Positions 51,959-64,000 of a DNA stretch of 64,000 nucleotides are shown piece by piece. The stretch is from Takakia lepidozioides (lineage: Eukaryota; Plantae; Bryophyta): contig CM060734.1 in NCBI GenBank assembly GCA_030704615.1, positions 55,056,001 through 55,120,000 of the forward strand, written 5' to 3'. The notes beneath the pieces are model-generated. The model worked only from the letters and a program-made list of their open reading frames with translations. It was not told where the DNA came from and did not search any database. How positions within the stretch are numbered: position 1 is the first letter of the stretch; every line of letters begins with the position of its first letter. Made by a program: the position numbers and the translations under genes.

Positions 51959-52576
51959 CTACATGAGGCTCTCTCGAATCATCCTCAAGGTTTCAGGGGA
52001 GTACTCTCTAGGTGTATATGTTGGAGAATCTCCAGAGATGTATTTTGGAGAATCTCCAGGGACGTACTGAGGAGAATCTGCAGGGACATATTTTGGAGAA
52101 TCAGCGGGGATATATTCTGGAGAATTTACAAGGACTGCATACTGAGGAGAGTGAGGACTGTATCCTGGAGAGGACGGAAGGACGGATCCCGGGTACTGTT
52201 CACTATCTCCTACAGAAATGTCATTATCTGAATCAGACTGAAGATTACACTCATCACTTTCATCTTTCTCTTCCTCTGTTTCCTCCGTTATCTCCCGTCG
52301 AATAAGTCCCTCGAACATTGATTTGTCAGTGCCCGGATTTATGAAGGTTCGCACGTCACAGCCCACATCTGATATTTGATTCTCAGATCTCTTCTCGAAG
52401 GTTTTTGTTTTCGATACAACCAGTGATTCGTCTTGGTTTTCTGCTTCGTTGATGCTTACTGGATTTTGTCTCCTTGGCCTCTTACAAATGTTGACGACGG
52501 TCTCGTAACCATCTTTGGCCACTGTGTGCACTCTCACGCCCGTTCTTTTTATACTGACAGAACAAAAAATCAACAC
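51959..52576 (-). CDS. Hypothetical acidic protein or exon with SPxY repeats
   Basis: 205 aa ORF; 24 bp tandem units at about 52010-52175 encode SPEYIPAD-SPKYVPAD-SPQYVPGD-SPKYISGD-SPTY. Confidence 0.5.
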   Translation of the reverse strand: MLIFCSVSIKRTGVRVHTVAKDGYETVVNICKRPRRQNPVSINEAENQDESLVVSKTKTFEKRSENQISDVGCDVRTFINPGTDKSMFEGLIRREITEETEEEKDESDECNLQSDSDNDISVGDSEQYPGSVLPSSPGYSPHSPQYAVLVNSPEYIPADSPKYVPADSPQYVPGDSPKYISGDSPTYTPREYSPETLRMIRESLM

Positions 52577-55028
52577 AGGGGAGGAACCTACATAAGTCTA
52601 TCTCAATACATCCTTATGTTGTGCCTTGGCATAGTAATACGCAGGAACCTCCACAGGGCAAGCGAGGTTCGTGTGGTTTGTCCTATTGGAGTTTATGGAG
52701 GTCTACTAGAGGTCTAGTGGTCTACGGAGACTAGTCTACTAGAGTAGCCTAGCCCCGAAGAAAAACCCGTTATCAAATATCGGAAATTCGGAAAAACAAT
52801 CGCTAAAAACCATGATCCTAACCCGCCATAACCCTAATCCATAACCCTAATAATCCAGCAGACCAGTAAACCAGGATCACAAACCACCCATACCAACCAC
52901 CATACCAACCACCATACAAACCACCATACAAACCACCAGCAGAGAAGCAGCAATGCATTGAAACACCTAAACAGCTTTAATCAATTCAAACTAATTGAAA
53001 CAGCTTTGGAACCACATGAATTGAAAAGAGATGCTCCGCATCAGACAAGATAGCACACTCACGATACGTGACATGCAAGAATCAAATGGTGCTCTATAAC
53101 CTCTGGAACGAAAGCGAGTGAGGAAGAGAAGCAAACCAATAGCGACGTGGGCGATGCTGACCAACAAAAGCAACAGCAAAACAAAAAGAAAAGCAAATCA
53201 ACAAACAGAACAAAGAGAGAGTGAGAGAATGACAAGCAAGCAAGAGAGAATGACATCAAACCACATGCGTAAACGAGAACATTACCTGCTAGATGCGTGA
53301 GCCATTTCGCTGCCCCTGTTGCTGACCTGAAACGCCTGACCCTTAAGCTTCCACCGCTCCGCTCCGCTCTCCCTTACGCTCTGCTTCCTTCCCGTCTCCT
53401 GTCTGCACTTGAATCCGCTGTCTGCTTCCTTTCGTCCACTACACTCTCACGCTGCACTGAACTGCACGCTCTCTTCTCTCAGCTCTCACGGCACCCTACA
53501 CAACACAGTCTCTGCTCTTCACGTTCTCCCCTATTCAAAACTCTCTCTTTTCTAGCGCTAGTCGGTCTTACCACTTCCGAAGCGCTTCCGCGTACACAAT
53601 GGAGTGGCGAAAGGGTGGGCTGAACGACCACACCCCTTATATGGTGCCGTCGCAAAGGATCTAAACCATCGCGTCCTTTCGAAATCGAACGGTCGCGCGT
53701 GTTCCATCCAACATCCATGCAAATATCATCCAATTCATCCTTTCCATTCTATCCATCCACTTTACGAATGACTAGATGAAATGAAAAAACAGATGAATGA
53801 ACGAGAAAATATGACATTAATGATCCCTTGCACAGGATCATCAATTATAACCCCGCGGGATATTTCCCACACCCCACACGTGACGATAAAAGAAATGTAC
53901 AAGTCAGATCCTCTTGCGGCGTTTTGCCGCTGGGAATTATTGCTCCTGACCATGTCTACATTCGGCAGATTAAGGCTTGGAATATTTCCTCTGTCACTCA
54001 TTTACGCCTGCCGCATTCTCGGCCGAGTGTCATAGCTGCACGATTTCATGAAACGCTTGTCATCGGCGTCAGGCCATCATCCACTTGGACAACATTGAAT
54101 GCAAAATACGTACTGCTTTATAAGCACGAGTGCGAAACCATTGAACCACCATTATCGGCCGTTATCTTTCTGGCATCATAATTGTTACATAGGGATCTAC
54201 CAGTAAAGGACATTTTTCCGAAATCGGTCAAAGAGTGCACTCCTGCACCATCCAGGACCGTTCGATTGTGGCCATATCGGATATCAACGGCGACGGAAAT
54301 CGATCCACGAGACAATGTATCGCACTATCCCATTGGAGGAGTTCCAGCGGGCAACCTGGTTTCCACCTCTATATAAAGTCTGAGTGCAAACTATTCAAAC
54401 TTCTATCTCCATACCTCTCACTTGCAGATTGTGTTTCCAGCACCTCTCTGGTCATCTCCCACCTCGCTTCCCATACTGCACCTCTCTGAGCATCCTGTAC
54501 CTCTGTGGCCATCGCAGGTGTAACTCTCTGAATTTCCATAATCTCTCGTGTGAACTGCATTTTTACCCGTAGAAAATGTTAAGACATCTATGTGTTTTCG
54601 ATACTCTACAGGAAAAGCTACTTATTTGTCATCTGCATGTTTAGAAATTACAGTCCAATACTCTCCGATTTCTGTATTTCGTTATACGTCAAGTCGTGGA
54701 CCTCCACTGGACAGTCGCGTCAATGCTCACATCCATCCGTCATTACAATTATTCATCCACGTAACCATGTTCATCCACTAACATTCATCCGTCCAACTTT
54801 TTCATCTGTATCTCATCTAACCTCCACTATACAGTGGAGGTTATATAATTAGACACAATCTTCAAATGACATGTTCCAGACCAAACAACAATTCCATTTC
54901 TATTCTACTTCTCTGAAACGTTCATACGCGAGTGTATTTCCTTTTATTGAATTGATTCATCTCTGAATATAGTCTTCACTCATACTGCTTATTACTGTCA
55001 GAATAATGAGTATCAAGGAGGGCCTGAC

Positions 55029-58000
55029 ATGAATCCTGATTTTGTGCCGGAGACAAGAGATACAACCGAGAATTCTGACGTCGACGAGGATGAATCAAAC
55101 CACAGACCATCGAAGAGTTCCGGGAATCCGAGCGGAGGACTCGGAAGAAACAACTGGAGAAACTTGCAGTGCGTACTGTTGGGTGATGATGGGGGTGCAC
55201 TGTTCGAGGGGAGGATTCAAGCCTGCATTCCGGACGAGGTGATCCTCAATGACAAATTGGGAGAGGACGATGTTGGAGTTCTTGTCACCAGAATACTTTC
55301 TGGAGGTTCTGGATCTTTGATGTCTCTTGTAAAATGGCCTTTAACAAAAACACGACTTTTGGAAAGTGGGAGTCTACTCTCAAATGATCTAGAGAATTTT
55401 ATTAGATCCTCTGACAGTATCTTGTACGAAGATCACGAGGCAGGTGTGAAGAAAGCGGTGTATCGGCATTTTACAAGAAAGAAGAGGGATCGAGATTTGG
55501 AACACTCCAAAAAAAAAATGAAGAATCTTACTCTGGAGGAAGTCTGGTCCGTGAGCAGCAAACCTTGCTGCAGACTTTACTGCTGTCAATATTTCGATTG
55601 GCGCAAAACCTTGGCTATCTGTACTTCGTTTTGGGGATCCACTTTCGATGAGAAGAGAGAACACGGACTGAATGTTTCGAAACGACTTCACATGCTGGAA
55701 GGGACCTCTCGCAGGGCATACATTACGATTGAGGGTGTGGATGTATGTGAGACTGCTTGGTGGACAATTCATGGAATTGGCAGGTCCACATACATGGAGT
55801 ACAAAAAGTTGAGTAAACAAGGTTGGTTGTCAAGTCTCCATGGGAACCATGGAGTGACGAGGCCACGCCCAAGGACGCTTCAGGCAGAGGGTAACATTAT
55901 ATCCATTGTCAACGGAAATACTGACCTCATGTCCCATAAGACAAGATGCATTGGGGAGGGAAGGAGGGATACTTTGAGAGTCTTACCACCTGAAATGAAC
56001 TGGAAGCGAATACAAGACGAGTCCAACGAGGTATGAAATCTCCATTCTTCAATTTCTTTCCTGGAAGATTTTTCTGATTCAATGTGGATGAGTTTGAATC
56101 AATTATTTGCATGAGGCTTGTTACACAGCCTTTCTCAGGCAAGATGTTCCATGTCTGGGATGGCAACCACCGATTGCTTGCCTGGCAGAACATGATATCA
56201 AGGTATCATGCCTTATTGTAACAGACCAACAGACTTTTCGGGTTGGAAGGAGTCTCGCAGTCGGCTGTTAGCCGCATCCGGAGTCGGATATTTCCTAACG
56301 TGGAAGTTCGTAAAACTGGGAGTACGTTTGCGAAGTGCACGGAGTGTGAGATGTTCAAGGACCTGATCAAAAAGTCTGTCAAGAGAAGTGCGGAACAGGT
56401 GACACACAAACGAACGCTTGATAAACATTTGAGGCACCAAGAGTCATGCAGAAGACTGTACCATAGCTGGAGGAATGAGTCTGTTATGATTCTGGAGGAG
56501 TTTCTCCGTTTTATTCACGACAAAATGGATCATAGGAAAACAGCTGTTCCAAAGCTACAGACACCAAATAAGATGATTTCTGGATTGGGTCAGCTTCCAG
56601 TTTCACTAACGGGAATGGTCACGCACGGACACGGTGATGGAGCTTACGGACAGTATTCTCTTGAGTTCTGGAAGGGAAATTCAAACTTTACAATTGGTTC
56701 TTTGGCACGTTGCCTGCGCCACCTGGAGAAGCCAAGTGTACGAGTGCATATACAAGACACTGGAATGGCACCTCAGACAGCAATGGATTTAGCACGTCAT
56801 GCTGCAGTCATGGTGCGCGTGCATGGCCCTGTAAGTTTATTTCTTTCTGTACCATGCCTCTTAGCAATACATGAGGTAGCTCTCATACTACTGAAGCTTC
56901 ATTCTTGTTTGCTCAATCCCAGGTTTAATTTTTGGTCATGAAAGAGTCTTCAGAGATGATGTACTCATTAGAGGTTGCTTGTTGTAGTCTCGTGGCCATA
57001 GATGCCCTTGGAGCGAGGGACAGACTAGGGTCATGAATACTCACAATTTATGCCTGGCATTTAACAACAGGATCCAAAGGGACGAAAAATGCGCCGGCAT
57101 GCGTTTTTCCATTCTGAATGAGTTGTCCACTGTTAGTCTCTTGATATCATGCCCTGTGGGAGATGGGAATGGTAGCTAGGTAGGTAAGTAATAAATGAAG
57201 GTGAGCATGGGTGTGGAGTGTGCATGTACATTCTTTCTGATTTGATGAGGTCTTTTATGACCTCGCAAGATCTGCAGTTCATTCCACAGATTATTCAGGA
57301 GGTTCCCGACTTCAAGAATTTTGTCAAGGGTTGTATTCTGGATGGAAAGGAGGCGTTGGTCGGGATTTCGGAGATGCACGTCTTCCGTTTTTTTAAGGAT
57401 GCGGAGGGTTGGCCCGTCATGAAGTACAAGAAGTCCGCTACTGATTCGGATTGGCTTCCAACAAACAATAGCGTGAAGATGTGGAAGTCCAATCTTGACG
57501 GGACTCCGAAGCTCCCTGAAGGAGACCCAGACACCGTTCCAAGGAGACCTATCTGGGGAGTCGGGGACGACTCCTCCGAAAAACAGTCATTCATTAAGAA
57601 TGGAATAAAAAAATACAGGGATTTTTGGACGAAAGGAATGATGCGTGACGATCATTACACAGGTCAAATGGAACAATATGACCAGTATTGGGGAAACATT
57701 CTCGCCGAGCTGGATAAGCCAATTCCAGAAGCTTCCGACCGTATTCAGCTTCTTGAGGGATTCTGGCCGAAAACAAATTGGTCCAAGAATCATCACAGAG
57801 ATGGAATCCATCCACATATATTGCCAGATGTGGATGAAGAGGATGAAATCCTAGAACCTTATTGTGGCCCGAGGTGTAAGCGACCAAGAATATCCCTGAA
57901 TCCGTTCAAGGATATTGAGAAAGGGTTTTTTGTGCTCGTTCGCCCTTATGACCCAAGTACGTGCCCGGTCTGGATGGGGGTGGCAATATCTGACGTGATC

Positions 58001-58345
58001 CGCGAAAGGGAGGATCCTAATTTTAAGAAGGTGAAGGTGGAGTGGTGGAGACCGAGAAAATGTGATAACCCAACAAACTTGGAAAGGTACATGGACTGTT
58101 GGTCAAAACTTTGGGAGTATAACTCGTCAGATCATTCTCAATGGATCCACGTGAACAATGTTGTAGGGACAATGCCTCCACGAAAAAATACGACAAGGAA
58201 TAGCACTAAGAGAATTACTGTCGCTGAAGCAGTGAAGGCGCGCGCTAATTTGGAGGAGGCTAATTGTCAGTCAGAAAACGAGTCATGCGAGCGAGTTCCA
58301 GACCAAGGACATATTATTCAGGTCAACTCCAATACCTCGATTTAA
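55029..58345 (+). pseudogene. Sola-like (DUF7869-type) DNA transposase, with the central catalytic part replaced by unrelated DNA
   Basis: CC..CC and VCETAWW N-terminus, FAKCTEC..HLRHQ, FIHDKMDHRKTAVP, VPDFK..HVFRF..PVMKYK..DWLP, and C-terminal FVLVRP..PVWMG..VKVEWWRP. Intron at about 56031-56224; gap at about 56740-57235. The superfamily label is from recall of motifs. Confidence 0.65.
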
Positions 58346-59069
58346 GAAATAATTTTTTCTTCTCTATATGGCCCTTCTTGTTTGCGTTGGGGGATCCTTT
58401 TTGTTATCTTCTTATGTCGCAATGAACCTCGAATGTCCAGTGGACGTTCTCGTCCTTTGTTTCTGGTTTGCTGGATGCTGGCCTACTGTACGTCTTGGTC
58501 AACAACGATGACCCTATGGGGAGTTTCGCCTACATAACATATAGATCACAAGAACAAAATGGGCGGGCACGACCACTGGAGTCTTGAAATTTGGTCAAAG
58601 AGGTTTTTAACAACGGAAGAAAATAGTTCATTTCCAGTCATTTTCTGAAACATTGGACTTGCTTTTCGCATAACCAATTCTCCCACTGAAGTCTCCCACT
58701 AGGAGGAGCCTTACTCAATTGTTGTTGACATACAGTTTTTCAATTTGCCAATCCTCAAGTTTTTGCTATGAGGTTTTCCTCCATTTTCCTTCTAAGCTCT
58801 ACGACTTTTCTACACCAAATTTTCATTTCATTTCATTTTCATACTTCTCATCCTTGGCCCTGGTTTAAGAAGGAATTTCACATGTCCTTTTGCGTTGTTC
58901 AAATTTTTAAGCAATTTTTATTTCTCATAGTTTTTATTTGGTGGTTGACTTTTATCCTCTCCCATGTTTTCTTCAGATCCATTTTCTCCCATGAGATTCA
59001 GACGCTTCCCAAAAGTCGTTATACAACGCCATTTTCTTTCCAAATTTATTCATACCATAACCATAGCCA

Positions 59070-60290
59070 TAACCATATACCATTATGGTTATTGAAATGT
59101 CTTCTCCCTTCACATTTGCGCTAGTTTTTTTCTTTGTTTTGGATTGACATGCATTTAGGCATGTTACAGTTTGCTTTCTATGTTACATCTTAATACTAGG
59201 TCCAGGTTCCAACGACGAGTCTTTCATTTAAATACTTGTCCATAATATTAGGTTCTTCATTTTTTTTTTGCTTACTAGTACCCTACTAACAACACTAAGT
59301 TCTAGCGAAGTCTGGAGTTTTCCATAAGACTTAGTGTTTGTCTATTTTGTAACTTAAACAAAAACCCTAAACCCTTACCCTAAACCCTTACTAGAAAACC
59401 CTAAACATTTACCCTTAACCCAATACCCCAGAACCCTTTCCCTTCCCTTTGCAAATGGGAATCAACTATCCATACCATACTTATAACCATTTTGGTTATC
59501 CAAATCTCTTCAATGTAACGGAATTTCCATTTTGTACCATACTAACACACACTAAGTTGTAGCGAGTGCGAGTCTTCCGGCATGTATGCTCACCATTTCT
59601 GCCTTCAACCCAAACCCTAAACCCTCGTCGGGAACCCTATACAAAACCCTACGCCATTGTTACGTCTAAACCCTTACCCTTCCCTTGCAAATGGGAATGA
59701 AGTATCCATACCATAACCATATGTATCTTAATACCAGGTTCCAAGGACGAATCCTCAATCTAAATACTTCTCCGGCCCAATGACTCTTCCATAATATTTG
59801 TTTCTCCATTTTTTATTTTATTTTTTATCCTTCTAACACACACCAAGTTCTAGCGACTGTGAGTCTTCCATATTTGTTTGTCCAATAGTGTTCTTAAACC
59901 CAAACCAAAAACCCTACCTTTACCATCACCCCTAAACCATTAATCTTACCATAAACCAATAACTTTAGTGTACTACCCTAGTTACACTCCAAACCTTATT
60001 GTACTACTATGTTACATCTTCTCAATGTTTCATGCTCTTTTAATATTTTATTTTGTTGGATAAGATATGATAGAATGATTACAGGGATATCAAATTCCTC
60101 AACCATTTCTTAATTCTACCGAGTGTGAGTCCATCATATTTGTTTGTCTTTTTGTACCCTAAATCCAAACCCTAAACCCTTACCCTTACTGTAAACCCAA
60201 ACCTTATTACACTTCTCTCTAGTTACACCCCAAACCTTATTGTACTACCCTAGTACCTCTTCCGAATGTTTCATGCTATTCTAATATTTT
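59070..60290. repeat. Degenerate tandem repeat (about 255-290 bp unit, about 4 copies) containing AAACCCTAAACCCT teloboxes
   Basis: The block AAGTT(C/G)TAGCGA..GAGT..TCC followed by CCCTAAACCCT recurs near 59290, 59545, 59835 and 60112. Confidence 0.75.
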
Positions 60291-62242
60291 ACTGCCCTTG
60301 TCACATCCAAAACATGATTCATTCCAATGGCGTGGTATGTGAACATTGTGCTTCATATGAAGATTCAATCAATAAAATTACTAGCAAGTTGTATTGAGTA
60401 TGGTAGAGTACGAGTTTGGCCCATGTTCAATGCGACCCATTTGTTTATCATGATGACCTGCAATGGAATATTACTTTATTCGACTTCCAAGTGGACGTTC
60501 AATGAATTGTTCAATTCTGCTACTTCAATATCAAATGGACCTCTTCTATGACACATTTTGAAACAAGTATGACATCACCTGAAATTTCACAAAGTTCAAT
60601 CACACATTACACCATGATATTATTAATATTTCAATTAAATTTAATACAAATATATATTAAGTTTAGTCCGGATTTAAGCCAAAAGTCAAGAATTAATTAA
60701 AATAGGGTTAAATATTATAGGCATTGAAGTGGCAGACCAACTTGCACAACTAGAGCCATACAACCTACATCACAACCCTCAATTGACCCTATCATACACA
60801 AAGCTCACATATCTCTATTCAGGCTATCATCTACTAAAGCCAAATTTCCCCAAAATGCTCCCATCAAATATTTGCATACTTACATAGGAAGAGAAACGAA
60901 AGAGCAAACCCAACCTTCTCGTTTATACACAAACTCATATATTTCTAAGTGGGTTACGTCTCCACAACTCCTTCATAACCTATCCAATCATTTTTGGACT
61001 TCACCAGTCACAATTGAGGCACATATTCGACAAACATTATGCCTCAAATATAGACAATACATGGGAAACCAGAGACGTAACCTATTTTGGCCAACACTAT
61101 ACCCAAAATACTTTGTGAAACTTGCATAATATGTTGTGCCCAACCCCATCCAATAGATCGCATCACCTGCTAATACGTTGCTCCCATTCCATTCCAAGTT
61201 GCTCAATTTCATTAATGCAAGAACTTTCCAAGGACGCCTACTTGATAACCATACCATCCTCCCATGGTCTCTTCCATGTATATGCCTATCCTATCCATGT
61301 GTATATCTGGCATGTCTGTGCCCAAATACATTACTGGTCAAGGGCCTCCGAATCTACTCCTCACCGCCCACATGACCATGTCCATCTCTTACAATATATT
61401 ATTGAATATTGAATATTAGGATGGCTGGTACCACATGCCATTGACCATTATCACTGTTGGAGTTAGACGTGGGGTTCATGGCCAGAACGTGGTGGCCTAC
61501 AACAATCCCTAAAACTACCACGTGCTGCAACCATTAAGTTCCTTTACAACCTCCATTTTACAGCTATTAGATCGCTTACAACTATTGTCTTTTATAAACG
61601 CAACCTCCCGAATATCCGCATTTGAAGGGAAAATGCTCTTATTTACGCTCATCTTGGATAGGTCTCTCTCACTCTTGTATTGATTTCTAATAATCAATCC
61701 AAATTTTAAACCAATTAAAAGAGCTAAAATAATGTATTCAACTTTGTTAAGCTACAGGTAGATATCTATCATTTCATGTGTTCCAAAATCACTGCTTGTA
61801 TAAAATATAAGGCATAATGATGGGGCATTCATCCCCGCGGTCTTCTTTTCCGAAGAGGGAAGACCGGCATAGCTAAATTTATCTCAAGGAGGACTAGAGA
61901 GGGAAAAGACTTTGGCTAAAGCCAACGTAAATATGGAGAGAAGCTAGCGCGTGAGCAGCTCATGTGAATAGGCTCATGCTTTGCACATTAAGCGTGAGCA
62001 GATTCTAAGCATGAGCACATTAGGGAAGCAGAGCCTATAACCGAGGGGAAAAGGGGCCTATTGCCGTGGACACAAACTCGTGTGATCAATTCAGAAATGG
62101 AAAGTTGCGGAAGCTACTTGGAACCAAAACTGTCGAGCTCCATACATGCAAAGATCGATGAATGTGTGATGAAAAAATATTAGATGAATGAAGCATGGAT
62201 GAATGTATGATTGGAATTGGATGAATGTTGGATGAAAAAGTA

Positions 62243-63570
62243 CTAGAAGGTTCCCCCTATGAGCATGAAGTAAGCAGAATTTTGAAAGTATGCAATGGGA
62301 CTTCCTGTTATCATGAAAGTTAAACATTGTCTATATCTGAAATGCCAGAAGTCCAAGCAATCGTCAAGCTCCTTGACATCATCCTCACTTGCAACGTCGG
62401 AGGTGTACCACCATGCTCGGATAGTCTGGTACATGGAATTTGCTTCATGCTCGGTTGTTGCATCTTTATACATACGGCATAGCCTCGTATGCTCTCCCTG
62501 CAACTCTAGTTTTATCGAACTCTTTATATGTCTTTGAAGGGACTGGGTTCAATGAAAGAGGCAAGTGTGTTCTCTGCTTCCCATCGGTATTTTGAGGTCA
62601 CCAGAACCAAAAACACGCCGGACAACATTTCACTTTGTTTGAGCGCTGTCAGTCATGAATCCAGTGAAGTTTGATGGCACACCATTCGCTCTCATGACGT
62701 TCACAAAGTGATTTCCACATGAGATCAATTTGAGACTTTATGTCCTCGTACTGCATGTTGCAAACTGCAATTGTCATAACTCTTTGGTAAGCAGGATCAT
62801 ACACATGACAAGCCATGGTTGTCCAGTCCTTTACACGTTTGACGTGATCAAACATGATCCATGATTTCTCCCAGATCACTAGTACCGGGTTGCATTCTGC
62901 GGACCAAGCTAACCCCACTACCCTCACCCATTGTGGACATCTTGAACAAGTACACTTTCATGGACACCTGACAAAGGGAAGACACTATCCTAAATGAAGT
63001 CATACCGGCTTCTACGCTTCAAGTCCAGGATGCTATCCATTGAACCTCTGCTCCCTTGCCCCATCCTAAGAGCGTTGATCTGGTTACGACGTTGAGCGAA
63101 CTCAATGTGGAGAAATGATCCATGAGAACATCAAGTGATAAACTGTCAAACTTTGTTGTGGTTTCATCTGATTCCCCAATTAGTACATGATTTTGTAGAA
63201 ATGACTCACTTGCTGCAAGTGTAATAGCAGAAGGTGATGCAGTGGAAGCATTATGAAATTCATCTCTAAGCAGTCCCCGGACTGTCTCAATATTCTCCTC
63301 GCAATCTCCTCTGGACACAGGATGTACATGGCTGCCGAAATGGATACAAACTCGTATTAGAGTGTTGCAACGATGAAGCATGTAGTGCATGCGTGCATTG
63401 CATTCGGCAATGCAGGTTGAGACTAGTTTACAGAATTTACAAACAAACGTGTTGTTGTTGGGAGGGGCACATCCTACTATGAATGGTTGTCCGAGACACC
63501 ATCCCACTCCGTTTCGTTTGGAGAACCTGAAATCCTCAAATGCTAGCAAGCGACATTTTGACAATAACAA
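62243..63570 (-). pseudogene. Degenerate Mutator/MULE-like transposase
   Basis: CKFC..C..IHFGSHVHPV, MFDHVKRVKDWTTMACHVYD, GFMTDSAQ (about 62640-62665), CLFH (about 62550-62563), FWHFRYRQ; contains stops and frameshifts. Confidence 0.6.
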
Positions 63571-63824
63571 GGTTTGATGTGGAAGTACGGGTTCTTTAGA
63601 TAGTTCGCCAAGGAAGGAGGCATCCTAAGATCGCAGAACTTCAACAACCAGGCAGGTGGAGATCAGGAAGCTATGAAGCGGGTGACTTATAGTATGTAGT
63701 TCCCTTTAGCTTATTTTGTTGTATTCAACAAATGGTGCGAATGATGATCCTTGCAGTGCCGCAAGCATTTTCCTTGGCTCCCCAACACCCTTTGGTGATG
63801 CAGTGCCAGAGATGCTTAAGGCCT

Positions 63825-63997
63825 GGGTGTTGGAGAGCCAGGTAAGATGGCGCTTGAGGCACCGCAAGCATCTCCGACACCCCTGGGTGTCGGAGAGCCA
63901 GGTAAGATGCTTGAGGCACCGCAAGCATCTTTTGGCACTACATCACCCCTGGTGGTGGAGAGCCAGGCAAGATGCTTGAGGCACCGCAAGCATCTCT
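63825..63997. repeat. Tandem repeat of about 60 bp, three copies, running off the window
   Basis: GGAGAGCCAGG(T/C)AAGATG..CTTGAGGCACCGCAAGCATCT occurs three times. Confidence 0.85.
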
Positions 63998-64000
63998 GGC

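Noticed and set aside
52950-54900. Short ORFs between the divergent genes, and terminal inverted repeats for the Sola-like element
   Set aside because: The ORFs have no recognisable motifs. I could not identify a TIR or TSD pair, so the element boundaries are not called.
60327-62100. Possible C-terminal or SWIM part of the MULE-like gene
   Set aside because: It is too degenerate to assign from the sequence alone.

Overview
This is eukaryotic repetitive DNA, almost certainly from a land plant (it holds LHCB4 and BURP fragments; a bryophyte-like host is an inference). I found no intact host gene. Most of the window is a nested stack of one Ty3/Gypsy family (family A). Family A has 0.9-1.0 kb TG..CA LTRs with CACAG arrays, a tRNA-Arg-like PBS, gag-PR-RT-RH-INT, and a large extra ORF of about 1,250 aa before the PPT. 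Parts of at least five copies are present, with deletions and a double inversion that can be reconstructed from TSDs and split junctions. A different 11.4 kb Ty3/Gypsy element (element B, 2186-13563, minus strand, AATG TSD) sits inside one family A LTR. Its polyprotein reads Gag-PR-[C5 cytosine DNA methyltransferase]-RT-RH-INT-[PHD finger]. Its termini look like split direct repeats rather than a normal LTR pair, and its leader carries captured LHCB4 and BURP mRNA fragments with A-tracts. The right part of the window holds a Sola-like (DUF7869-type) transposase gene and, facing away from it, a multi-exon gene with a ParB/Srx-like motif and a possible degenerate amino-methyltransferase fold. 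That region also has a recurring 24 bp palindrome, an ORF with CTD-like repeats, telobox-containing tandem repeats and a MULE-like transposase remnant. Nearly all ORFs are frameshifted, which could be decay or consensus indel error. All domain calls are by-eye motif recognition; no searches were run.
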